DNA of 52,265 bases from assembly GCA_002245135.1 (NCBI GenBank), contig NGBS01000041.1:1-52265 (forward strand), given 5' to 3'. The stretch comes from Proteromonas lacertae. Lineage: Eukaryota. The notes under the pieces are model-generated. The model worked only from the letters and a program-made list of their open reading frames with translations, made no database searches and was not told the DNA's origin. The position numbers and the translations under genes are program-made. Shown here piece after piece: positions 40,101-51,336 of this stretch (its first letter is position 1; each line of letters opens with the position of its first letter).

Positions 40101-42586
40101 CAGCCATTCATTTCCAAAATTATATAAAATTCTTAATAACTCATTCAGGAGATGGTAAAATATTTAAAAAGAAAACTGGTAATAAAGTAAGAGCTTATAG
40201 TGTTTCTCTAGTTTTAGATATTTCAGATGTTACAATTAGCCCAATTAATATTTCACATACATTAGTTACATTCTTTACTATGTTAAGAGGTATATGCGAA
40301 GTAAATGTTCCAGCAATTGATATTTGGATTTCAAGTGATAGAGTAATTAGAATTGGTAGTGGATTAACAAGTTCTGATGCATGGAGTTCTACAGTGGCTT
40401 GTTCGATTAATAAAGTGATTGAAATTGTGAAGGAGAATTACAGAAATAAAGGAAAGAATGATTATATTACAAATAATAATAAAACACTATACAAAACAAT
40501 GAAATATGCCATTTCTACTTGTATTTCAAGACCATTTACTGCATTAATGTTTGTTTTTACAAATGGTATTACCTCTGATTCTATTAAAAGTCAAATAAAG
40601 AATTTAATAAAAACAGTGTCAGGAGAATGTCAAATTATTGGAGTTGGTTGTGGTTATTCTTTATTTGGAGTTGAATCATTATTTCCTCGTTTTATTTGGT
40701 CTTCAAATCCAGAGAATATTTATAAAGCAGTTGCATCTATAAATGTTCCAAATGCATTACCATTATCAAGTTGTAAATCTGAAATAACATTTAAAAGTAC
40801 TGAATTGAGTAAGACATTGTATGAATATTTAATTGAAACAATAGATATATGTGATAGTGAAATGGTAAAATCAATCACTAATATTTATTCATCCTACGAA
40901 TTCCGTGCATTATTTGTTAATGCATTACAGACCAGAGATGAAAATATTAATATGTTAACAGCTGATTGTACAAGTTCAGAATATGATTTAGGTATTGATG
41001 GTGGATTTAAAGGTTTTAATGTTTTATTTGTGATATTATATCTATGTAGAGAAAAGAAAGATAAAAATGGCAAAATAATAGATGATGGAATTAGACAACA
41101 CATATTAGAAAGTGGTATTGATGGTATTAATAGTCCAGTAAAGAAATTAGAGAAAAAAGGATTTACTGTTGAAATAGTATATGATTATTATAGTGCAATA
41201 TTTGAATTAGCGAAAGGTATTTATAGAACAGTGATAATTACATGTAGTGATGGAAGTGGTGAATTTCCTGAAGCTGCAGGTAAAGATGAAAAAGTAAATA
41301 TTGGATATTTAACCTCATTCATAGACTGTTTAATTGAATTTCATAATAATGGAGGTGGTATATTTTGGATGTTGGAAAATTGGCCTTATACTTATGAAGC
41401 TGATATGTTTTTCCAAAAGTTTTATAGAATAGAACAATTGAGTGAAGATGTGCTGATATTAGGTGGTGAAAATATGGAAAGAGATGATGATGCTAATAAT
41501 GGAAGATTCAGAACAGTAGGTGAAAATATGTTTGAATATAATATCGATAATTTGAGAATTGATACTGGATTGAAGTATATCTATGAAGGTAAAACATTAG
41601 GTTGTATAAATGAAAATGAATTACTTAAGAATGGTTTTATAGTATTTGGTAGAGAACATGAAGGTCATGCTGCAATTATGTTGAAAGAAAGAAAAGAAAA
41701 TGAAGGTAAAATAATAATCGATACTGCTTCAACCAAATTGTTTTTAGAGTTTACTGGTGAAGGAACAAGTCGATGGATATCTAATGCTGTGATTTGGTTA
41801 TTAAATGTCGATACTTATTTTTCATGTAAATATTTTGATGGTGGTGAAATACCTAAAACTTTATCAATGAATGTGAATTTAGATGATGTAAAAATTGATG
41901 ATAAAGTAGAAAAGAGAGTTACAACTAAACCTGTAAATGTCTGTTTTAGTGTAGTGATGGATTGTACTGGTTCTATGGGATCATATATTGAAAGTACAAA
42001 GAAAACTATTGTAGAAATATTTAAAAGTATAGAAGCAATTAAAATAGAAAATAACCTAGATGAAAGATCCCAAATTATTGGACAATTTGTAGGATATGAA
42101 GATTTTAGTGATGGTAAAGACCATTTTCATAAGTCTGGAGTTACTGATAATTTTAAAGAAATAGAATCATTTTTAGGAGGTATAAGAGCAGGAGGTGGTG
42201 GAGATGAATGTGAAGATGTCTTAGGTGGTTTTGAACAAGCAGTGAATGAATTATGGAAATATAAAGATTATAAACATATGATATTAATATGTGGAGATGC
42301 TGCTAATCATGGAGATGGAGGAGGAGATAGTTATTCTAAAGAAAACCCAGAAACAAAAAGATTATGGGAAGATGAATGGAAATTTGTAGTACATAAGATG
42401 CTTCCTTATGTACCAGATATTTATTTTATGGCAATAAGTAATAATTCAATATTAAGAACAAAAGATCATTTAATGAAATATTATGATAAAATAAAGACAG
42501 AAAAAGCTGCAAATGCTTCAGTATTTGCTGATAAATTGAAATTGATTATTCAAAAACAATATAAAGAATATGTAGGTGTTTCATAG
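28167..42586 (+). CDS. Midasin/Rea1-like giant AAA+ protein (~4,800 aa): tandem Ubl-like domains, Q/P-rich linker, six AAA modules, helical linker, multiple vWA-like domains
   Basis: The ATG at 28167 joins ORF 28332 through a 27-nt intron (28266-28292). Dynein-related AAA motifs: EGKTSSAKT/LLDELSLA, GHRDCGKS, EGDPGVGKS/FDELNLA, GPSPSGKS/LEDINLA, ERLNSL, INPNFRI. ORFs 28332..38306 and 38303..42586 join if one A is added near 38300. Final vWA: VVMDCTGSMG. Confidence 0.8.
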
Positions 42587-42690
42587 AAATTATTATTACA
42601 ATTTTATTCTTATTATATTTTTTGTTTTATTCTTTACAATAGCGAAATAATTCAATATATTAACTCATGTATTAATTAAATCATATCTAA

Positions 42691-43152
42691 TTATAATTCA
42701 CCTGTATCTTCTGGTAATTCAAATATAGGATAGACAAAACTCCACCATAAAAACGATAAACTTAAAGCATACTTATAATCTTTAATTGAATAATTCTTTT
42801 CATCTATTTGGTATACTGATTTTAGAATAACATCAAAATTATATTCATTTCTTTCAATCTTATTAATGTTTTTTCATCAACTGGTAGAGGAGAGTAAATT
42901 CCTTTATATTGTCTAAGCACATTTACTGTTTCATCATATCTCTTTTCAAAAACTAATTTTGCATAATAGCAAAATTCAAGGGGCTTAGGAAACAAAGAAA
43001 CTAGGAAGAGTAACATCATCGTAACTAGATATATTTCCTTTATCTTTAAACACTCTTTCATTCAATTCTTCAATTTCTATTACTTCACATTCAGGAATTT
43101 CTTCATTTTCTTCATATAACAACTCTATAAACATTACATCTTCATTTTCCAT
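42691..43152 (-). CDS. Hypothetical ~150-aa protein interrupted by two apparent frameshifts (assembly error or pseudogene)
   Basis: From ATG 43152 (MENEDVMFIELLYEE..) the coding-like sequence continues through ORF 42822..43061 and ends FLWWSFVYPIFELPEDTGEL*. Confidence 0.4.
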
Positions 43153-43551
43153 CTCTAAATCTAATTAAACTAAATGACATTTCAAATTACTACAAAATAT
43201 TGAACATTTTTGTTCTATCTCTAATAGCTTATTGTCATTACAATTACCTTTCCTCATAGTAATATTCTTATTCGATTTAATTAAATAAAATCTAATTGAT
43301 ATTGTTTAACCTGTAAATCTTGAATTTGATAATTCTATACATCACAATTACAAATACACTGGTCGAATAATATTCATATAAACTTTAAAATACCTTTGAA
43401 TTGCTTTTATTATCAAAAATTAAAAATTAAAATGACAATTATGGTTAACGAAAAGTTTTCTCTTAACCCAAAATTTTGAAAATACATATAAATTCATTCC
43501 ACATTGATATTATAACAATATTAATACAAAAATGTAAGAAATAGAGTATAA

Positions 43552-43990
43552 TTAATAAAATAAATTTACTAAAGCATCTTGGGTCTGTTCTACAGGAATT
43601 GAGTTGTTTATTGTACCTTCAAGGAAATAGAATCTATAAATTATAATGTTATACATACAATGTTGAAAATAGATAATAATCAAAGGAATAATTAAAATAA
43701 TCAACCCAAGACATATGTCTGTTGTGAGTATATAAACCTCTATTATTTATATCATTTATATCAATATATACTCTAAAGATGATTCAACCATTGTTCTTAA
43801 TCGAAATGCTTCACTCGCTCCTAGAAAATTGGTTATTGATCTCATCTATTTATAATATAATATCATTTTAAAATGTATAATATACAATATTAACTGTTCT
43901 CATTACACAAGCAAAATCAGGAGGCATATCTGTTGCCATTTGAAATAACTAAATTGTATTATTAATTATTATAAAAACATTCATATATAA

Positions 43991-44029
<39 letters not shown>

Positions 44030-45491
44030 CTGTGTCTAACATTGTTCCATATTTCGTTCCAAATGTTTTCTTTAGAGTTTTCTTTAGTAAATGAATATCA
44101 TTTTCGGTTAATTTACCACCCAATGTTGTTGTTCCATCTTTGGGTCTCATTGTTATCATAAATGATAACATTTCTTCGAATTTTTCTAATCCCAATTTTG
44201 TCGCAGCTTTGTTGATTTTCTATTTTCATTATTATAAAACATTATTATTATATTTATATTATATATATATATACTTCTTCATCTCGTAATAACAAACCTT
44301 TCCATAATTCACATATTGCTAATCGAGAATTTTCAGTCATCGTTGTGTACATTCCATGATCTATCAATACCATTTGAGGAATATTTTTATCAACCGGATT
44401 TTGACGAACAAAAATATTACCAGCATGAGGATCCATATGAACAAATCCATGAACAAATATCATGTCACTTAAATGTTTCACGATTATTCGAGCTACTTCG
44501 ATTCGATCAAATCCAAATTCTTTTAGTTTTTCTTTGTCATTTACTTTTATTCCATCAATATATTCCATTGTTAATACTCTTCTAGAAGATAATTCAGGAT
44601 ACATTTGAGGAATATAGAAATATTTACTATCATAAATATATAATTATATCATATACTCGCCTTTAAATAGTTCTTTTGTTTTTATTGCATTTTTATATTC
44701 TTTTGAAAAATCTGTCTCGTTTAAAGCAATTTGGAAAAATTCTTGAGATACTCCCATAAAATCAAATCGTGGAAATAATACTTGAATAAATGTCAACACT
44801 AATCTCATCACATTGAAATCCATTGTCATTTCATCTTGTAGTAATGGATATTGTACTTTTATTGCCAACTTTTTACCAGTTACAGATGTAGCTCGATGAA
44901 CTTGAGCTAATGAAGCACTTGCTACTGGACTCTATTTATATATTATTAAATAAATTATTAACATTTTATATATACTTTATCAAATGATCCAAATAATTCT
45001 TCAGGAGATTTGCCTAAATCATTTATTATCATTCTTCTTATATCTTCATAATCAAAACATTGACCATTATCTGTTAATGTTAACATCGTATCAGTCCATG
45101 CACGAGGTATCATACCTCTCAATGTTGAGATATATTGACCCACTTTTATGTATATTCCTCCAAGAATTCTAGTTTATAGATTTATTATAAAAACTAAAAT
45201 TGTAATACTTAAACGCCTCTTTAACTCGCTTCGCTTCTCTCTCATCTACTTCTCGTTGTTTAGCTCGATATTTCTCTATTCCAAGTGCTTTCTTTTCTCG
45301 ATATGATGGATAATTCACTTTATAATCATATGCTACTATCGCTATTGTACTGATAGGTACATAACGTCTTAAAATAGATTTTCTAATCCTCTAAATAAAG
45401 ATTTAGTTAAATACCTTATTTTCGGTGATACTAATACACCTCCTACTGCACATCCTGCAGCAGTTACCAATGCCTTTCTAAAGAAATGCAT
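43552..45491 (-). CDS. ABC1/UbiB atypical kinase (ADCK1/ADCK5-like), many short introns
   Basis: AYDYK, GGIYIKVGQY, ASASLAQVH, AIKVQYP, LTMEYIDG, HGFVHMDPHAGNI and LIDHG motifs spread across exons. The N-terminus MHFFRKALVTAAG resembles a transit peptide. Confidence 0.9.
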
Positions 45492-46117
45492 TAAAATTTA
45501 AGAATAGAAGAAAAATTCTTTCAGAATTTTGTTTCAAAAATATTCACTATAAGAAATTTTCTAAGTTTTTTTTATTTTTTTTTGTGACTTTGAAGTTGTT
45601 TTTCTCAACAACTATAAAGAATTAGACTAAAAAAATTACATCACAGTATGAGTCATAGATTGAACTTTATGCTGACGTAGTTAGATTAAAATTACCTAAT
45701 CAGGTAATTAATCAAAAATTTGATGTATTTCTCGATATTATGGCAACTAATGATTAAATTATGTTACAACATTGCTTATTTTCATAATATTAAACAATAA
45801 CTTTCTTTTCAGAGCTAGTAAAATTAGTTTTAAAAATCATTTCAAAATGGGTGAAAAGAGCCAAAAAATTGAAAATGGGGACCTGGAATTCTTAGAAATT
45901 ATTTTTCTCACGAACTAGATCATAATTGAAAGTAATATAATGAGCCAAGTTTAGCCTAATAAAATACATATGCATGGTGGGACTAGTTTTTGATTTGACG
46001 ATCAATTATTTCGAACGATTTTGCTCTTATTTGCGCAGTATTGTTCTTTTCTCTTATTTCCCCTTATTTTAAAACAGAAATTAGTATTACAATATAAAAA
46101 TTAGAAAATTATTGCAC

Positions 46118-46899
46118 TTACTATAACAATATTATATACTATTTTCATCATTTAAACATACTCATTTCAGCACCTATATATACTATAATATATTATATAC
46201 TATATTTGCTCATCATTTTAAATATGCTCATATTTCATCACCTATATATACTATAACTATATTATATACTATATTTTCATCATTTAAATGCTCATATTCA
46301 TCACCTATATATACTATAACTATATTATAGCTCATATTTCATCACCTATATATACTATAACTATATTATATACTATATTGTTCATCATTTAAATATGCTC
46401 ATATTTCATCACCTATATATACTATAACATATTATATACTATATTTGTTCATCATTTAAACATGCTCAATTATATATACTATAACTATATATATACTATA
46501 TTATCATTTAAACATGCTCATATTTCATCACCTATATATACTATAACTATATTATATACTATATTTGCTCATCATTTAAATATGCTCATATTTCATCACC
46601 TATATATACTATAACTATATTATATACTATATTTGCTCATCATTTAAATATGCTCATATTTCATCACCTATATATACTATAACTATATTATATACTATAT
46701 TTGTTCATCATTTAAACATGCTCATATTTCATCACCTATATATACTATAACTATATTATATACTATATTTGTTCATCATTTAAATATGCTCATATTTCAT
46801 CACCTATATATACTATAACTATATTATATACTATATTGTTCATCATTTAAATATGCTCATATTTCATCACCTATATATACTATAACTATATTATATACT
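46118..46899. repeat. Tandem minisatellite, ~68-bp unit, ~11-12 copies
   Basis: Unit ATATGCTCATATTTCATCACCTATATATACTATAACTATATTATATACTATATTTG(C/T)TCATCATTTAA, e.g. copies offset by 68 nt at 46581 and 46649. Left copies are more degenerate. Confidence 0.95.
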
Positions 46900-47572
46900 T
46901 TAATAGAATTATACCAATCACAGCTCCATTATTGAAATCTCATATTGCTGATATTGATTATAAGTTAAAACCTGGTATGGTAACATTGACATGGACATCA
47001 ATGAATATAGATGCATATAAACATCATGTGATCAAATCCAGAGTTTTTTTCTCCTCGTTAATCTTCTTTTCATATTCTTTCAATGTATAAATTAAATCAG
47101 TGTAATAACTCTTAAACTTCTCTTCTTGTAATAAAACAATCTTGGCACTTTCTGGTATTTCTATTCCCATTCTATCTAAACGATTTGAAAATGAGTTAAC
47201 ATCTCTGTTCATCATTCATTTTGATCTTGTTCACCTCTGGATCATATTTTCTATCCATATGTGACAATTCTAATACATCTACTACATCTTTTAAGGCTTC
47301 TTTCATATCAGCTGTGAATTTATCCATGTCTTGAAGAACTTAAATAAGAGAGTTTCTAAATTTCTCAAGGGTTTTCACTAATCATACCGAATAAAAGTGT
47401 ATTGTCACAACTCTTCGTTTAACGAACATCTTCTCCTGATGTGAGTAACAACTCATTCTCTTCACCATATCCTCTTATCTCACCTTCGCTATACATGACT
47501 TTTTTAAGGAATTTTCTGTATCTCTCATACTAGCACCAAATGCTTCAGTGACATGACTAATCATCCATCATG
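46899..47572. pseudogene. Fragments of the 5' region of an axonemal (outer-arm gamma/DNAH5-8-like) dynein heavy chain gene, internally deleted and partly inverted
   Basis: Minus strand, in order: WMISHVTEAFG, CDNTLLFGMISENP, DMDKFTADMKEALK, RLDRMGIEIPESAKIVLLQEEKFKSYY..LKEYE. Plus strand 46902-47030: NRIIPITAPLLKSHIADIDYKLKPGMVTLTWTSMNIDAY. Recognised from recalled DHC N-terminal sequences. Confidence 0.75.
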
Positions 47573-47809
47573 AAAAATAAAAGTAGAAAGAATCGCATTT
47601 AATGAAAGCCAAGGGGATATAGTTTAATATATACATCATATCTTTATATCTGCAGCCTTTAATTCTTCTTAATATACCTCAGTAAATTTGCAAGCCTGTT
47701 ATCTACATAATCTTATTAGAATTACATCAACTTCTCTATAAACCGTAAATTCATTTCAGATATTTATACCTTCCACTACTTATAGGATTAGGATTAAAAT
47801 TATTTTTAA

Positions 47810-50650
47810 AATGAAACGATTTCATTGGTTATTTTTCTAATACATTAATCATTCGTAAATAGTATTAAATGTATTTTAGTCTTTTATTAGACTGTCTAGA
47901 TATAAAACCAACAACAATTATTAGTAATAAAATTTTATCATTAGATGTAAATAGTTTAGTTATACAAGTAATTAAATATGTGAAGCAAAAAAGAAAAATA
48001 TACCGTTGGTTGTTATACAAGAATCTACAAATATTATTGACATTGTAAATATACTATTCACAGGATGTTTTATTAAATACAAAAAAGAGATCTACTCAAG
48101 CAAAGATGTTATAAGAAAAATTGAGGAGTTATTTGGTGTAGATAATGAAATTTTAATACTTTTTGCAGTTAAATATGGAAATTCTTCAAAATTTGAAGAA
48201 ATGAAACATTTACAGTATGTTAATATTAATAATGTACTAAAAATATACAAGGATGTGTTTAACATTACAGATTATTTACAATTCAAACAAAAAATAATAA
48301 AGAGAAAATCAAGTAGTAAGAATACAGAAAAACGGAAAAAAAGAAAATTGGTAAATAACATTAATGATAATACTGCAAATAATATGAATGAAAATAATGG
48401 AAGTAGTAATCCAGTTGAAGATGAAATGATGAAGGTAGTGAATTGAATGGAAATAGTAACCAGTTGAAGATGAAATGATGAATAGTGAATTGAATGAAAT
48501 AGAAGATGAAATGGATGAATAGTGAATTGAATGGTTGAAATGAAATGGATAGTGAATTGAATGGAATATAGCGGAAGGAAGTGAATTGAATGGAAGATGA
48601 AGTAGTGAACCAGTCATGAAAATGAAGAAGATGAAATGGATGAAGGTAGTGAAAGTTCAATAAATACGATAAATTGAAGAAGATATCGAAGATGATTCAA
48701 TAAATAATGAAGGTGAAGATGAAGGTGAAGAAGATAACGAAGATGATTCAATAAATAACGATAATAGCGAAGATGAATATGGTAGCTATGGTAATGGTGA
48801 AGAAAATGATATTAATCGAGATAGAGATGATTTAATGATATATTTACTGCAGTTTTTTCTCGAGAATGGCATATCAATTCAAAGTTAGTAAATTCTTAAA
48901 AAAGATTAATACTATAAATACAATTAAAAATTTAAAGATCAAAACATCACTCAAATCAATAAAAGAATTTGTAAAAATAAAAATCAAATTTAAAGAAAGA
49001 AAAAAGAAATATTATATTGGTATTGAAGAATCTTTAAAAATATATTATGTAATACTAACATAAAAATTAACAATAATTGTAAAGATAAATATAAGTCGAT
49101 TGAAAGTTCTGAAAATTATATTAAATTAAAGGATAATGATCAAAACACAGATTTTATCCATGTACCAATCCAAATCAGCTACGATGGCATACAATTATCT
49201 CCTTTTTCTTCCTCAAAAAAGTCAATTAATTTACTCAGTTATAAACTACTCAACTTAAAAAATAATATAAAACTTGTTGAAGTAATTGCAGCTGATGAAA
49301 CTGAAGATGGTTTAAATGAAAATAGAACAAATTTAATCAAGAACTAAATAACTTATATTATAATGGATTCAAAATTGGTGATAGAAAATTATAATGTCTA
49401 TCCACTAAGCTATTGCTCAGATAGTGTAGCTACAGTTAAATTTTTTAATCTTCACAATTTTATTAGCGCAAATCACTTTTGTCGTACTTGTGACGCTAAA
49501 TGCACAACTAAATATGTAACTGTTAATAACAAGAAAAGAAAGTAAGACGTGAAGCAATGCGTGGTTACAATCAAAATAATTTCAATAAATACAAGAATAA
49601 ATACGGATATTTCAGTTAAAAAATTAATAAAGATATTTGATGATGGTAAATATAAAGATTTCTATTAAAGACATATAAAAAAAGTGATTTCTTAGATGTT
49701 AAAATATTCAGTATTAGGTTTATAACATACGATACTATGCATAATCTTTTCAATGGATTATCCATTTTTATGATGATATTATAAAGAAAGTTAATCAAAT
49801 AGATGTTGTTAATGAGATCAAATTTGTATATTGCAATAGCTCATCATTTTACAACAATATAGATTTATCTAATATAAATAAGTATAACATTATTCAAAAA
49901 TATATATATTATTAAATATATTTCCATTAATTTTAATGAAATATATAAATTATGTGAAAAGAAATAGAAATATTATTACTGATTATAGTTATTACAATAT
50001 CTGTAAATCACTTTTTAGTATAATTAATGTTATTAACAATTGTTTATATTACCAGTATAGCGACATGTCTACTACAGAAATGGAAAATGAATTAATTAAC
50101 AAATTGATGATATTAGAATTATTTTATTTATTTAAACCCTCCACTCATGACATTGTCCATCTTGTTTTATATTTAAAATGTTTAGGGCCTTTATCCCACA
50201 ATGGAACTACAATCTTCGAAAGATCTTACAAACAGTTAAGAAAAATAACATTATCTAACAAGAAAAAGCTTATTAGTGTAATAAACAGTATGGAATTAAT
50301 AAACAGCTTAAACATATATCTATATAAACAAACTGATAATAAATACAAATATCATATCAAAATAAATAATTCAAAAACAGTAGAGCAGTTATTTCACTCT
50401 TATACTAATATTAAAATATATAGTGTAGTATCATATTTTGATGAGGACGTAATGCGATTCGGAATAATAGAAAAAAGAATAATAATATTTATCAATAAAC
50501 GAAATAATAGTTAATAGAATATCTACAAAATTTATAAAATTTTAAATTTTAATAATAGTATCAATATAAACATAGATATAAACAAAACAATTATATTTAA
50601 TAATTTATACATACAAGATAATGAGTACTATATATTTACATCGATTTGAA
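47810..50650 (+). mobile_element. Degenerate CACTA/EnSpm (CMC superfamily) transposase gene with multiple frameshifts and stops
   Basis: Acidic N-terminal tract (48660-48840), then PIQISYDGI..LLNL (~49160-49260), SANHFCRTC, YDTMHNLFNG (~49728-49760), and KPSTHDIVHL..LGPL....TTIFER, in the order expected for CMC transposases. Element boundaries are uncertain. Confidence 0.75.
48396..48653 (+). repeat. Degenerate 51-bp minisatellite (consensus encodes NGNSNPVEDEMDEGSEL)
   Basis: Repeated AATGGAAATAGTAATCCAGTTGAAGATGAAATGGATGAAGGTAGTGAATTG with many small deletions. Confidence 0.85.
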
Positions 50651-51018
50651 TATGAAAAACTATAATTAATTAATTTATGCATTATTATTGTTGTTGTTGT
50701 TGTTATTAATACTAATTGATTAAAATACATTTTAAATATAATCCATTTTAAAAAAATTATAAAAGTATAATACACAAAGTTAAAATCATTGTATATTCAT
50801 TATTCACATTTAAACATTTTAAATATCATTTATTTCTTCATTTTATCACATTTCATATCTAAAGATATTAATATCTAACAATGGAAATGCTCTACTTCCG
50901 TTAAGACCATGATTATTTTGAGATTCTAATGTGGATATATATATACCCATTTCTAAATGATGATTTCTTCTAAACGCCTCCATTTCGAAATACACAACTC
51001 TGCATAAATTTACGAGAT

Positions 51019-51336
51019 ATTCCATTCAATTCACTACCTCATCCATTTCATCTTCAACTGGATTACTATTCCATTCAATTCACTACCTGGATTACTATTT
51101 CCATTCAATTCACTACCTTCATCCATTTCATCTGGATTACTATTCCATTCATTCACTACCTTCATCCATTTCATCTTCAACTGATTACTATTTCCATTCA
51201 AGGATGATTACTATTCCATTCAATCAGGATTACTATTTCCATTCAATTCACTACCTTCATCCATTTCATCTTCACTGGATTACTATTTCATTCAATTCAC
51301 TACCTTCATCCATTTCATTCAACTGGATTACTATTT
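51019..51336 (-). repeat. Inverted copy of the same 51-bp minisatellite
   Basis: TTCCATTCAATTCACTACCTTCATCCATTTCATCTTCAACTGGATTACTAT is the reverse complement of the 48396-48653 unit. Confidence 0.88.

Noticed and set aside
10001..41103. Short antisense or alternate-frame ORFs (e.g. 10001..10525, 11430..11813, 14705..14983, 22198..22545, 27851..28210, 37421..37750, 40894..41103)
   Set aside because: They are shadows of long real genes in AT-rich DNA, with no recognisable motifs.
8279..42586. A co-functional sensing/defence gene cluster (GT, pseudokinase-LRR, GPCR, surface protein, AAA-vWA)
   Set aside because: Adjacency in a gene-dense eukaryote is weak evidence. Orientations are mixed and I see no shared regulatory motif. 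Conserved synteny or co-expression would be needed.
28167..42586. Assigning the symbol MDN1
   Set aside because: The architecture departs from canonical midasin (Ubl N-terminus, dead AAA sites, extra vWA domains, no long D/E tract), so orthology is not established.
46118..46899. CRISPR array
   Set aside because: Units are contiguous with no unique spacers, there are no cas genes, and the DNA is eukaryotic.
48309..48660. His/Phe/Ser-rich minus-strand ORFs, and ORF 51204..51386
   Set aside because: They are translations of the 51-bp minisatellite in other frames.
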